Assembly (NCBI GenBank): GCA_944383355.1
Contig: CALWPF010000006.1
Coordinates: forward strand, 429 to 64,428
DNA: 64,000 bases
Direction: 5' to 3'
Origin: an uncultured Clostridia bacterium
GTDB lineage: Bacteria; Bacillota; Clostridia; Christensenellales; UBA1242
Shown: positions 38,173-47,815 of the stretch, one piece after another
How the letters are laid out: each line of letters opens with the position of its first letter
Position numbering within the stretch: position 1 is the first letter of the stretch
The notes under the pieces: model-generated
What the model saw: the letters and a program-made list of their open reading frames with translations, nothing else
Databases searched by the model: none
What the model was told of the DNA's origin: nothing
Position numbers and translations under genes: made by a program

Positions 38173-39576
38173 ATGAGTAAGATAACTATGCAAGATTTAG
38201 TTTCGTTATGTAAAAATCGTGGTTTTATATATGCAGATAGTGAGATTTATGGTGGGTTGTCCAATAGTTGGGACTATGGTCCACTCGGTGTTGAGCTAAA
38301 GAATAATATTAAAAAGGCTTGGTGGCGCAGGTTTATCCAGCAAGAGCCCAATAATGTGGGGCTAGATAGTGCCATTATTATGAATCCAAGAGTCTGGGAG
38401 GCTAGTGGGCATTTGTCTGGTTTTAGTGACCCTTTGATGGATTGCCGTAATTGTAAGTCTCGTCACAGAGCTGACAAATTGATAGAGGAATGGATAGTAA
38501 AGCAACAAGACAATGGTAGTACTGAGGAGTATCCTAGTGCTGAGGCGATGAGTGATGAGGAGAGCCAAGCATTTATAAGAGAGCACAATATTACTTGCCC
38601 AAATTGTGGTAAATGTGATTTTACCCCAATTCGTAAGTTTAATTTAATGTTTAAGACATTTATAGGTGTGACAGAAGATGCAAAGGGTACTGTTTACTTG
38701 CGTCCAGAGACCTGTGCGGGTATATTTACCAATTTCAAAAATGTGCTGCGTTCTACTAGGGGTAAGTTGCCACTAGGTATTGGACAGATAGGTAAAGCTT
38801 TTCGTAATGAAATAACTCCAGGGAATTTTATATTTAGGACTAGGGAATTTGAGCAAATGGAGCTAGAGTTCTTTTGTAATCCTAGTGAGGGTATGGATTG
38901 GTTTAAAAAATACCGTACTGCATGTATGGAATTTGCAAAATATTTGGGACTATCTGACAAAAATTTGCGTTTTCGTGACCATAGTCCAGAGGAATTGGTA
39001 TTTTATTCTGCTGGTACCACAGATATTGAGTACAAATATCCATTTGGCTGGAGCGAATTGTGGGGGATAGCCTATCGTACTGATTATGACTTGTCTAGGC
39101 ATTCAGAGTTTAGTGGCGAAGATATGACATATACTGATCCATTTACTCAAGAGCAGTATATTCCACATGTAGTAGAGCCTAGTGTCGGTGTGGATAGAAT
39201 GTTGTTGGCTATTTTGTGTGATGCATATAGGGTGGAAAAAATCGGTGATGGCGATGAGCGTGTGGTTATGGGCTTTAAAAAATCCTTGGCTCCTATCAAA
39301 TGCGCAGTGTTGCCATTGAGCAAAAAATTGGAAGACATTGCATCTAATGTATATGGAGAATTAAGTAAAAATTGGCGTGTTGAGTATGATACCACTGGCT
39401 CCATAGGAAAGCGCTACAGACGCCAAGACGAGATAGGTACGCCTTACTGCATTACTATAGATTTTGATACTGAGAATGATAAATCTGTAACAATACGAGA
39501 TCGTGACACTATGCAACAGGTGCGTGTCAAGATTGATGATTTGGACGCATGGTTGCATGAGCATATTTATGATTAA
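38173..39576 (+). CDS. glyQS: Glycine--tRNA ligase (homodimeric class II, GlyQS type)
   Basis: [30 protein letters not shown], class II motifs FRNEITP and GVDR, and a C-terminal anticodon-binding domain. Confidence 0.95.
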   Translation: MSKITMQDLVSLCKNRGFIYADSEIYGGLSNSWDYGPLGVELKNNIKKAWWRRFIQQEPNNVGLDSAIIMNPRVWEASGHLSGFSDPLMDCRNCKSRHRADKLIEEWIVKQQDNGSTEEYPSAEAMSDEESQAFIREHNITCPNCGKCDFTPIRKFNLMFKTFIGVTEDAKGTVYLRPETCAGIFTNFKNVLRSTRGKLPLGIGQIGKAFRNEITPGNFIFRTREFEQMELEFFCNPSEGMDWFKKYRTACMEFAKYLGLSDKNLRFRDHSPEELVFYSAGTTDIEYKYPFGWSELWGIAYRTDYDLSRHSEFSGEDMTYTDPFTQEQYIPHVVEPSVGVDRMLLAILCDAYRVEKIGDGDERVVMGFKKSLAPIKCAVLPLSKKLEDIASNVYGELSKNWRVEYDTTGSIGKRYRRQDEIGTPYCITIDFDTENDKSVTIRDRDTMQQVRVKIDDLDAWLHEHIYD

Positions 39577-39706
39577 AAATATTAATATTTGACAAACTAG
39601 ATGTTGGGCAACAATATGTCAATTACCTTTTAAAAAGTTGACTTTTGGCATAATTTATGCAAAAATTAATCAGTACAATGTGTACAAATGTGTATAGGAG
39701 GGTGTT

Positions 39707-40573
39707 ATGAAAATAAAAATAACATCAGATACCGGTTGTGATTTGACTAAAGATTTGATACAAAAATATAATATAGGTTTGTTACCTATTCCAATTTTTT
39801 TGGGTGATAAAGAGGGGCGAGATGGTATAGATGTGCACTTGCCTGACTTGTATGAGTACATCGCACAGACAGGGCAGTTACCTAGGACAGCATCTTGTAA
39901 TCCTGCTGAGATTGAGGATTTTTTCCGTGAACAACTCAATAGTGATGGTGGATATGATGCTCTGATACATTTCTCCTTGTCTAGTGGTATAAGTAGCCTT
40001 TGTCAAAACGCAATGACTGCTAGCGGTGAGTTTGACAACAAGGTATATGTGGTGGATTCTTTGTCTTTGTCTACAGGTGTAGGTTTGCAGATCTTGCGAG
40101 CATGTGAGTTAGCAAAGCAAGGTTTGACTGCTGCAAAGATATTTGAGGATATAATGGCACAGAGGAAATTGGTACAAACTAGTTTCATTATAGACAAACT
40201 CAAGATGTTGTATAAGGGTGGTCGTTGTTCTGCGCTCGCTCTTTTGGGAGCAAATCTATTGAATATAAAACCTAGTATAATTATGAAAGATGGTAAGCTT
40301 GGGGTTGGTAAAAAATTCCGTGGAAAATATCTAAATTGTGTACTAGAGTATGTAGACTATATCATGGAGACCAATCCTAATTATGACCGCTCTAGAGTAT
40401 TTATTACTCATACCGATATGGACGATGGTATAGTAGAGGCTGTACATGAGCGGATAAAAGACAAGTTTGATGAGATTTTGGAGACGAGTGCTGGTTGCAC
40501 TATAGCTACACATTGTGGTAAAAATACTATAGGTATATTGTTTTATAACAAGCCAACTCCAGATGCTGAATAA
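39707..40573 (+). CDS. DegV-family fatty-acid-binding protein (second copy)
   Basis: ITSDTGCDL..TASCNP..LSSGISS..YKGGRCS. Confidence 0.85.
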   Translation: MKIKITSDTGCDLTKDLIQKYNIGLLPIPIFLGDKEGRDGIDVHLPDLYEYIAQTGQLPRTASCNPAEIEDFFREQLNSDGGYDALIHFSLSSGISSLCQNAMTASGEFDNKVYVVDSLSLSTGVGLQILRACELAKQGLTAAKIFEDIMAQRKLVQTSFIIDKLKMLYKGGRCSALALLGANLLNIKPSIIMKDGKLGVGKKFRGKYLNCVLEYVDYIMETNPNYDRSRVFITHTDMDDGIVEAVHERIKDKFDEILETSAGCTIATHCGKNTIGILFYNKPTPDAE

Positions 40574-40584
40574 TCGTATTTTAT

Positions 40585-40614
40585 AAAAAAGTCTAACAGT
40601 GTTAGGCTTTTTTA
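40585..40614 (+). terminator. Rho-independent terminator
   Basis: aagtctaac / gttaggctt stem with one G-U pair, followed by a T-run. Confidence 0.65.
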
Positions 40615-40912
40615 TTTTTTATAAAATAATCTTGTTTGTTACCGATTATTTTAATTAATTAAATTCGTGATATTTGTTATAATATTTTGTATAAAACATT
40701 CAAAAGTTTTGTACCGTTTTATTGAATTTGAGCAGTAAGATAATCATAGTGAACATTGGCAATAAATTTTATTATTTGTGTCATAATTTAAATAATAAAT
40801 TAAATAATATTAAACATTTTAGCAAGTCCTGGAATATATCTAATATTGACAATTTTTTTGGTGTGTGTTACAATATCAACATACTTAAAAAAATAAAAAG
40901 GAAACGATTATT

Positions 40913-41446
40913 ATGGCGGATATAGAGAGCAGATTTTGGGAAACAAAGGCTAATACTGAGAAAGAGGTGGATAACTTTAAACGCTTTGCGGATATGATGA
41001 AAGATGAGTTGCTGAGATATGTTGATCGTATTCGTTTTAGTGCTGAGTCTGAGCAGGATTTGGCAGAAAGAGCAGGGATACCTGCAGAAAAAATGAGTTA
41101 TATAGCACGAGAAATGCAGGATAACCCTGATTTTGACCTTGGCTCATATTTGTTGGCTCAAAAAATAGATATAGCAGTAAGACAAATAGATACAGGGGAG
41201 GTTGTTGATGTTGTACAAACTCAACAGGTACCAGAATCACAAGAGCAAGGTGTAGAGATAGTGGATACTGTCAAAGACAAGCAAAAGAAAAAATCAACTA
41301 CAAAAGTTTTTACCATTGTTGATGGAGACATAGATGATAGAGATGGGCAAAAAATCAAATTGCGCACTTTTGTCTACGCAACAGATAATGGTACTGTTAG
41401 TATAGGTGAGCCTCCTATCGGTGAGAATACTTTTTCTCCTAAATAA
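40913..41446 (+). CDS. Hypothetical protein with a possible XRE-like HTH
   Basis: SEQDLAERAGIPAEKMSYIAREMQ resembles an HTH. The rest is acidic or Lys-rich. Weak call. Confidence 0.5.
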   Translation: MADIESRFWETKANTEKEVDNFKRFADMMKDELLRYVDRIRFSAESEQDLAERAGIPAEKMSYIAREMQDNPDFDLGSYLLAQKIDIAVRQIDTGEVVDVVQTQQVPESQEQGVEIVDTVKDKQKKKSTTKVFTIVDGDIDDRDGQKIKLRTFVYATDNGTVSIGEPPIGENTFSPK

Positions 41447-41454
41447 AAATTTTT

Positions 41455-41481
41455 ATAGTGCTGTTGTAGCACTATTTTTTA
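41455..41481. terminator. Bidirectional terminator between convergent genes
   Basis: atagtgct / agcactat stem, flanked by A/T runs. Confidence 0.65.
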
Positions 41482-41533
41482 TTAATATTAACTTAATTAT
41501 TTTATTGATAATCGTATTGCATTTTTATGTTAA

Positions 41534-41842
41534 TTAATATTCTAACATTTGACCTATAAAAAGAGATTTAATATTATTATCCTTTATTAATTTTTCTGCG
41601 GAGATTTTTAATTTTTTGGATATGCTCTCTATGGTATCCAATGGTTGTACAATATATATGTTTTTATTGCAGTGGGACATATACAATATACAACCCGCAT
41701 AAAGTTCACTAAAGTATGGGTTATCTGCAAAAATTCTCTGTGTAGTTGTCCCAAATTTTTTGCAAATACTCTCCATTGTGTCGCCATCTTTTACTCTATA
41801 CAACATATTTTCTGTAATAGGCTTATTAATTATTTCGATCAT
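41534..41842 (-). CDS. Tandem LysM-domain protein
   Basis: Two LysM-like units (YRVKDGDTMESICKKFG and YIVQPLDTIESISKKLK). Confidence 0.7.
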   Translation of the reverse strand: MIEIINKPITENMLYRVKDGDTMESICKKFGTTTQRIFADNPYFSELYAGCILYMSHCNKNIYIVQPLDTIESISKKLKISAEKLIKDNNIKSLFIGQMLEY

Positions 41843-41937
41843 ACTTTATTATATGTTTTAATTTTTTGTATTAGCATATTTAATCAAAAAAATTCTATTT
41901 TGCGACTTTTGTCAATACAATACTATTATTAGGTGGT

Positions 41938-43476
41938 GTGAGATTGGCAAAGTCATTATTTAAAGCAGTAGTACTGGTAGCATTCTTTAGTATACTCACC
42001 CGATTACTTGGTTTTTTATTTAGAATTTATTTATCAAGAGAATTGGGGGCTGAGTTACTGGGTGTCTATCATGTTGCATTCAGTATTTTTATGGTTTTTG
42101 TGGTCTTGGTATCCAGCGGTATACCGCTGGCTGTTTCAAAATTAACTGCTGTATATCGAGTAAAAAATGACAAAAAAGCTGAGGCATCTATCACCACATC
42201 TGCATTGATTGTTGGATTGGCTGTAGCTATCTTTATTTGTGCTATTATTTTGATTTTTCAAAATTCAATCGGTGCTCTATTTACGGATAATAGGACAATT
42301 TTGATAATTATCACATTATTACCAGCTATTGTGGCTAGCGCTGTTTATTCTGCCTTTCGTGGGGCGCTATGGGGGACACAAAATTATTTTAGTGTTTGCT
42401 GGACTGAGTTGGCTGAGCAGATTGTGCGTATAATAGCATTTTTTGTACTGGCTAGTACTATATTTGACGCTACTCAAGGTGCTATCACTGCTGGTGTGGC
42501 TATGTCAGTTGCTTGCGTAGCGTCGGCTATTCTTGTGATGGTGGCATATTTTGCTGACAAGCGAAAACTTGCGAGCCCTAGAGGTTTTTATAAGCCATTA
42601 CTAAGGAGTGCAATGCCGGTTACTGGGGTCCGTGCTGCAAGTAGTCTAATACAACCTCTGATAGCGGTATTATTTCCGTTGATGATGGTATTCCATGGTT
42701 TTACAAATGAGCAAGCTATGAGTTTGTATGGTATAGCTATGGGAATGACTTTCCCTTTGTTATTTTTACCATCTACAGTTGTTGGAGCACTGAGTTTTGC
42801 ACTTATACCTGAGTTATCCACAGCATTAGCCAAAAATCAACAAGATTTGGTAAAAGAACGCATAAAATCCAGTTTGCTATTTTCTACATTAGTCTCTGCT
42901 CTGTTTATACCATTTTTTATGGGGGCAGGTGAGGGCATAGGCGTATTTTTGTATGATAATGCAACTAGTGGAGTGTATTTGTCTAGAGCAGCATGGGTAA
43001 TGATACCTTTGGGCTTATCCAATATCACTAGTAGTATATTGAATAGTTATAATCTTGAGGTTCGTTCTTTTATACACAATGTAATTGGTGGTGTGGCGCT
43101 AATACTCTGTGTAGTCTGTTTGTCTGGTGTGTTGGGGGTAGATAGTCTAATTTGGGGATTTGGGATATGTATGTTGCTGACTACTGGGCTCAATTTGTGG
43201 TTAATAAAGAGGCATACTGGTTTTAATCTGGGATTGACTCGCTCTACAATTATGATGTTGCTATTTATTATACCTAGCACATTATTGTGTCATTTTACTT
43301 ATAACCTTTGTATTGCAATTTTTAATTACTTCTTTACTCTTTGTGTATGTGGTATAGTATCTATAGCTAGTTTCTTATTGCTATGTTGGGTATTTAAGAT
43401 TGTGGATATATCCTTCTTTTTACAAAAATTTGTACCCAATCGACAAAAAGCACAACATTTTGCACATAAAAAGTAA
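41938..43476 (+). CDS. MOP-superfamily flippase (SpoVB/MurJ-type)
   Basis: GTG start. About 14 TM helices. The N-terminus ILTRLLGFLFRIYLSRELGAELLGVYHVAFSI is typical of SpoVB-like proteins. Confidence 0.75.
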   Translation: MRLAKSLFKAVVLVAFFSILTRLLGFLFRIYLSRELGAELLGVYHVAFSIFMVFVVLVSSGIPLAVSKLTAVYRVKNDKKAEASITTSALIVGLAVAIFICAIILIFQNSIGALFTDNRTILIIITLLPAIVASAVYSAFRGALWGTQNYFSVCWTELAEQIVRIIAFFVLASTIFDATQGAITAGVAMSVACVASAILVMVAYFADKRKLASPRGFYKPLLRSAMPVTGVRAASSLIQPLIAVLFPLMMVFHGFTNEQAMSLYGIAMGMTFPLLFLPSTVVGALSFALIPELSTALAKNQQDLVKERIKSSLLFSTLVSALFIPFFMGAGEGIGVFLYDNATSGVYLSRAAWVMIPLGLSNITSSILNSYNLEVRSFIHNVIGGVALILCVVCLSGVLGVDSLIWGFGICMLLTTGLNLWLIKRHTGFNLGLTRSTIMMLLFIIPSTLLCHFTYNLCIAIFNYFFTLCVCGIVSIASFLLLCWVFKIVDISFFLQKFVPNRQKAQHFAHKK

Positions 43477-43482
43477 ACTTTT

Positions 43483-44217
43483 ATGCAATCTATCAATATG
43501 TTGATAATTGTTTTTAGAGTTTTATTAATTTATATTATAGTACTTTTTTATTTACGAATCATGGGCAAACGCCAATTAGGTGAATTGCAACCTTTTGAGT
43601 TGGTGATTACATTATTGATAGCTGATATAGTAGCTCTGCCCATGACGCAAAATAGTATGCCAGTGTTGTTTGGTTTAGTTCCACTGACAACTTTAGTTTT
43701 GGCACATTTTACTTTATCATTAATCACACGCAAAAGTATTTCTTTTCGTCGTGTGGTAAATGGTAAACCTGTAGTGGTTATATCTCCCAATGGTATACAA
43801 TTTGATGCTCTCAAATCACTCAATATGAATATGGACGATCTTATGGAGGGGTTACGCAGTTGTAATTATTACAAAATAGAAGATGTCGAGTATGCAATAG
43901 TAGAGACAAATGGTGCCATAAATGTTATACCAAAGTCAGAGTCAAGTGCTGTAGTCAATCAAGATATGGGCATCAAATTGCCCCCAGCATCTTTGCCACT
44001 CAATTTGATAGTGGCAGGCAAGGTTATTGGTGAAAATTTACAAACATCTGATTTGAGTTTGGGGAAAATAAAAGAGATATTAAAAGCACAGGGAATTAAT
44101 CAAATACGAGAGGTCTTGTTGCTTACCTTGGACACTAATGGCAAGTGTTATATACAGGAATTTAACATGCAAGGTAAAACCTTTAATATTGAATACAATG
44201 GAGAAGGTAGGTGGTAA
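43483..44217 (+). CDS. DUF421 (YetF-family) membrane protein
   Basis: RIMGKRQLGELQPFELVITLLIADI is the family signature. Confidence 0.75.
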   Translation: MQSINMLIIVFRVLLIYIIVLFYLRIMGKRQLGELQPFELVITLLIADIVALPMTQNSMPVLFGLVPLTTLVLAHFTLSLITRKSISFRRVVNGKPVVVISPNGIQFDALKSLNMNMDDLMEGLRSCNYYKIEDVEYAIVETNGAINVIPKSESSAVVNQDMGIKLPPASLPLNLIVAGKVIGENLQTSDLSLGKIKEILKAQGINQIREVLLLTLDTNGKCYIQEFNMQGKTFNIEYNGEGRW

Positions 44218-44218
44218 A

Positions 44219-44602
44219 ATGAAGTGGAGAATATTAATCTTGGTAGGTTTATTTTTGCTACTAACGGGCACAGTTATTTGGCAACAAATCTATACTGATA
44301 CCACAATGAATACCGTGATAGAAAAAGCGCAAGTACTTAGTGATAATCTAATGCGAGGAGAGGTGGACGATGCTCCTACCCAGGCAAAGGAAATGTTAGA
44401 CTATTGGCACACTAGAGAGGTAATAGTTAGTCTTTTTGTAGACTATAGAGATATTGAGCAGATTGGAAGACAAGCTGACTATGTCTTAGCTTATGTCGAG
44501 AGTGGAGATTGGGAACTAGCTAGAGTTGAGTGTGAGCAATTGTTGCATGTTACTCAAACCTTTGCCAATATAGTTAGCTTGGATTGGCAAAATATAATTT
44601 AG
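44219..44602 (+). CDS. DUF4363-like small membrane-anchored protein
   Basis: ATG at 44219 follows GGTAGGTGG, one base after the upstream stop. N-terminal TM followed by a helical domain. The track start at 44138 is over-extended. Confidence 0.6.
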   Translation: MKWRILILVGLFLLLTGTVIWQQIYTDTTMNTVIEKAQVLSDNLMRGEVDDAPTQAKEMLDYWHTREVIVSLFVDYRDIEQIGRQADYVLAYVESGDWELARVECEQLLHVTQTFANIVSLDWQNII

Positions 44603-44615
44603 TTCAATATCGAAT

Positions 44616-44626
44616 GTGCATAGTAT
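44616..44626 (+). repeat. GTGCATAGTAT motif, occurrence 3
   Basis: Exact 11-mer in the intergenic region about 145 nt upstream of spoVT. It is followed by the palindrome TATGCATA. Confidence 0.9.
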
Positions 44627-44769
44627 GCATATTTGATACTATTTTTTAATTAATTAAATAATTATTTATTAAAAAGTATATTTTTATTATTTATAGTTAA
44701 TATAAAATTAATATTACTTAATATTACGCAAGTACAAGTATATAATTTATAATAAATGCAAAAGGTAGT

Positions 44770-45315
44770 ATGATGCAGATAGCTAAAGGTATGCTACGGA
44801 GAGTAGATGAATTGGGTAGGGTGGTAATACCAAAAGAAATTCGTGGAGCATTAAAAATAGAATGCGGTAGCTTGCTTGAATTCTTTGTTTCTCCTGATGG
44901 TACAATACAATTACAAAAATATCAAAAATTAAATGAGGTAAATGATTTTGCTAATATTTGTGCAAAAACTTTTGCCAATATTTATCAATGTAAAATATTA
45001 GTTATAGACACAGAAAAAATATTGGCAGTAGGTAATTTATCACATAAAAAATATTGTAATAAAAAAGTGCCATCAATAATACTTGATGAAATATTTAATA
45101 AAAAATCTAACACTATAAATAGTGAAATGCTTCCTAAATTGTTTAATGAAGAAGATGGTGGTCTAAGACAAGGAAATATTGCAGATATTTTTCTCATTAA
45201 TAGTAATGGTGATGTATATGGTGCTGTAATAATTATTGATGATAGTACACAAAAAAATGTGATGCATGGTATTGGGAAATTTGTTGCGAATATATTAGCA
45301 GAGTATTTACAATAG
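44770..45315 (+). CDS. spoVT: Stage V sporulation protein T (AbrB-type N-terminal domain plus GAF-like C-terminal domain)
   Basis: RRVDELGRVVIPKEIR is the SpoVT/AbrB swapped-hairpin motif. The length (181 aa) fits SpoVT rather than AbrB. Confidence 0.8.
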   Translation: MMQIAKGMLRRVDELGRVVIPKEIRGALKIECGSLLEFFVSPDGTIQLQKYQKLNEVNDFANICAKTFANIYQCKILVIDTEKILAVGNLSHKKYCNKKVPSIILDEIFNKKSNTINSEMLPKLFNEEDGGLRQGNIADIFLINSNGDVYGAVIIIDDSTQKNVMHGIGKFVANILAEYLQ

Positions 45316-45410
45316 TATCTGGTATTAATCTACTATTGCTATTTTAATTAACAATGGTTTACATTGGGCTAATGGCGACATATAGTTTTTGCGTTGCGAG
45401 ACAAAAAATG

Positions 45411-45421
45411 GTGCATAGTAT
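45411..45421 (+). repeat. GTGCATAGTAT motif, occurrence 4
   Basis: Exact 11-mer about 96 nt downstream of the spoVT stop, flanked by an A6 run 5' and a T6 run 3'. Confidence 0.9.
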
Positions 45422-46038
45422 ATGTTTTTTGATGTTTTTGTGACAAAAATTTGTGACTTTATATTGTTTTTTTGATGTTTTGCCCTATTATATACGAGAT
45501 TATACTTTTTATGAGTAACACAAATAGGTAAGGCTGGAATTTTAAATTTTTGATAATGAATTATTAAACTTTTGCAGTTGTTTAATTTTATAGTTATGCA
45601 CTATATAATACGTACTATAAACAAGTAGTTTCCAAATGGTTATTTTATGACAGTTTTTTATTTTTGTGTGGAATGTATGTGTACCACAGTAAATTAGTAT
45701 TGTTGCTGTTTAATACTTTATTTAAATATTAATAAATTAAATCACTAGTTTTTAAATTATTTATTAATAGTGTTTTACTTTCCGTAAAGCAAGGTTGATT
45801 ATATTAGCAACATTAGTATATTTTTTATTCTTTTTATTAGTATATTTTTTCTGATTTTGTTTTTAATGATATTCCATAATACCTAGGATATAAAGTGGCA
45901 AAATTATTTATAAACTTTGTTGAATTATATAACTAAAGGCGACTCAAATTCTAAAATACATATTGAAATTGTTTATTTATAAAATTAATTAATATTTTTA
46001 TAGTTATTTAATTCGCAATATTTTTTGATAAATGTAAA

Positions 46039-46070
46039 CAAAAAAGCCGACCTCAATTGTCGACTTTTTA
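46039..46070 (-). terminator. Rho-independent terminator of the 46074..46457 gene
   Basis: On the minus strand, agtcgac / gtcggct pairs perfectly with one G-U pair and is followed by a T-run. On the plus strand the same stem has a C-A mismatch. Confidence 0.65.
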
Positions 46071-46073
46071 TTA

Positions 46074-46457
46074 TTACATTTGCATCTCGCCGTATTGCAA
46101 GCCCCTTGCTTTCCTCTCGTCCTCTACTAGGTCCATTATCAAATTGCGTACTTTCTCGGGATCTTTGACTCTCACTAGTTTTACTACTTGGCTAGACGCA
46201 TCTTTGCAGTGTACAGTGACTGTACCTGTTCCCCAAAACTTGTTACTGAATGATGAAAATATTGTTATATCATCAACACGGAACAAATTAACCTCCTCAA
46301 TATGCGAGGTAAACAAACCAGTGTCCTCGATTAACTTTATCCACTTGCCAGGCTTTTGTACTACATAGTATCTTGTAAACGATAGAGGTAGACCACACCA
46401 TCTCTTGCGGTCTTTCCATATTATTTTTGTTCCTGGCCCAAAATCTTTTGCTGCCAT
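46074..46457 (-). CDS. Bacterial PH (bPH)-domain protein
   Basis: LPLSFTRYYV....VDDITIFSSFSNKFWGTGTVTVH..VKDPEKV resembles the bPH_2-type fold signature. Confidence 0.6.
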   Translation of the reverse strand: MAAKDFGPGTKIIWKDRKRWCGLPLSFTRYYVVQKPGKWIKLIEDTGLFTSHIEEVNLFRVDDITIFSSFSNKFWGTGTVTVHCKDASSQVVKLVRVKDPEKVRNLIMDLVEDERKARGLQYGEMQM

Positions 46458-46603
46458 ATTTACACCTCGTTATCATTTTTTTGTCTTAACAACTACGCTA
46501 AGTTTAGCATATCAATTGTCAAAAGTAAATAATTTTGTCAAAATTTAATAATAATTGTGATGAAGTATTTTGGGATAGTTTATTGTATGTTATTATGGTA
46601 ATT

Positions 46604-47113
46604 TTATTTATTATCAACTATTTCCATCAAATTAGGATAAAGCTCTTGTACTTTTTTTGCATCTTTTAAATAAATATATCCTAATTCTATTTTCCCCCCA
46701 TTTTTAAGGAAAATATGAATTTTTGTCACGCCACCATCAGCTAAATCGCCCATATACATCGTGATTAGATATTTCCATTTAAACGCATAAAATTTCATAC
46801 TCTGTATGTCTGAAATTGGGATCTCGGTTCTTTCTTTATTTTTTATAACAGTTATTTTATTTTCTTCAAAAATAAATTGGGGTCGAGGTTTAATTATTAA
46901 AACGAGCAAAACTGTCAAAAATAACAAAAATATTATTCCAAACACAATTAATTCAGCTTTTCGCTCTAATAAGCCGTTGAAATCTATTATTAATCCTACA
47001 GTAAAAATCAATATAAAAATAGATAATGTTATTACTAGAGTATAAATATATAATTTCCTATTTGATTTCAACTCAATCATGAAAACTCCACTTATTGTTG
47101 TTTTGTTATGCAA
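46604..47113 (-). CDS. Two-TM membrane protein with a PH-like C-terminal domain, hypothetical
   Basis: Very AT-rich ORF with two hydrophobic helices and then a beta-rich tail. Met12 at 47080 is an alternative start. Confidence 0.5.
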   Translation of the reverse strand: MHNKTTISGVFMIELKSNRKLYIYTLVITLSIFILIFTVGLIIDFNGLLERKAELIVFGIIFLLFLTVLLVLIIKPRPQFIFEENKITVIKNKERTEIPISDIQSMKFYAFKWKYLITMYMGDLADGGVTKIHIFLKNGGKIELGYIYLKDAKKVQELYPNLMEIVDNK

Positions 47114-47360
47114 TTTTAATGTATGTTAATAGACTCCATAATGAACTTTTTAAAATGAAGTTGCTATAAAAGTTTCTTGTGGTTTCTGTTAATAGTTTCG
47201 CTTTTATTGCCAAACTGGACTTTGTATATGAGTTAATGCTTTTGGCAAATTATTGGCAGCAACTCTATCCATTAAAAATCTCAAATACAATAAAGAGCTT
47301 ATAATTGTGAATGCAAAACAAATTATGTTACCAAACTAAATCGTTTTTATCTTAAATTGA

Positions 47361-47813
47361 TTAGTCACTAACTATACAAACAGTGCCGTCTGCTTTTATT
47401 TGCAATTTGTCACCTGTTTTCACAGTATTCAAAAAGTCATCGCCCAATTTGTCAATTGCTATTATTGGACTTTCTTCCCATATGTGTGCTAGTATTACGC
47501 CACTAAGAGCTAGAGAATCTATCTCTTGACTAAACAATAATGCGCTAGGGTTGATGCCCATTTGACATATTGTTTGTATCACCAATCCTCCTGTGGTTGA
47601 GCCAATGGTGATGGGGAGACATAATATTTTGCCAGTCAATACTTTACCGTAAACATCTGGATTGTTTTGGTCACTACCTATTATTTGCTTTGCGTTTTTT
47701 AAGGCACTTTTTTGGAAAGTTGCCAGTGTATTTAGACCTTGGTGGCTGACTACCGCTTCACCTGTCAGATCTCCGCCTGCTATGACTCTGCCTTTAAAAG
47801 TATTCTTTTGCAT
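47361..47813 (-). CDS. Aconitase X small (swivel, DUF126) subunit
   Basis: ATG at 47813 lies 2 nt after the large-subunit stop, and AAGGAGGGG lies inside the upstream gene's last codons. G.A.GEAVVS....F is DUF126-like. Confidence 0.75.
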   Translation of the reverse strand: MQKNTFKGRVIAGGDLTGEAVVSHQGLNTLATFQKSALKNAKQIIGSDQNNPDVYGKVLTGKILCLPITIGSTTGGLVIQTICQMGINPSALLFSQEIDSLALSGVILAHIWEESPIIAIDKLGDDFLNTVKTGDKLQIKADGTVCIVSD

Positions 47814-47815
47814 AA

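Noticed and set aside
40722-40925. 67-aa + strand ORF upstream of 40913..41446.
   Set aside because: Extremely AT-rich, Asn/Ile/Lys-dominated translation in a promoter-like spacer. It has no RBS and runs into the start of the next gene.
45316-46073. The AT-rich repeat-bearing gap as a replication origin or a dif site.
   Set aside because: There is only one partial DnaA-box-like sequence (tgtggaatg) and no cluster. No 28-bp XerCD dif-like palindrome was recognisable. No dnaA, dnaN or rep gene lies adjacent.
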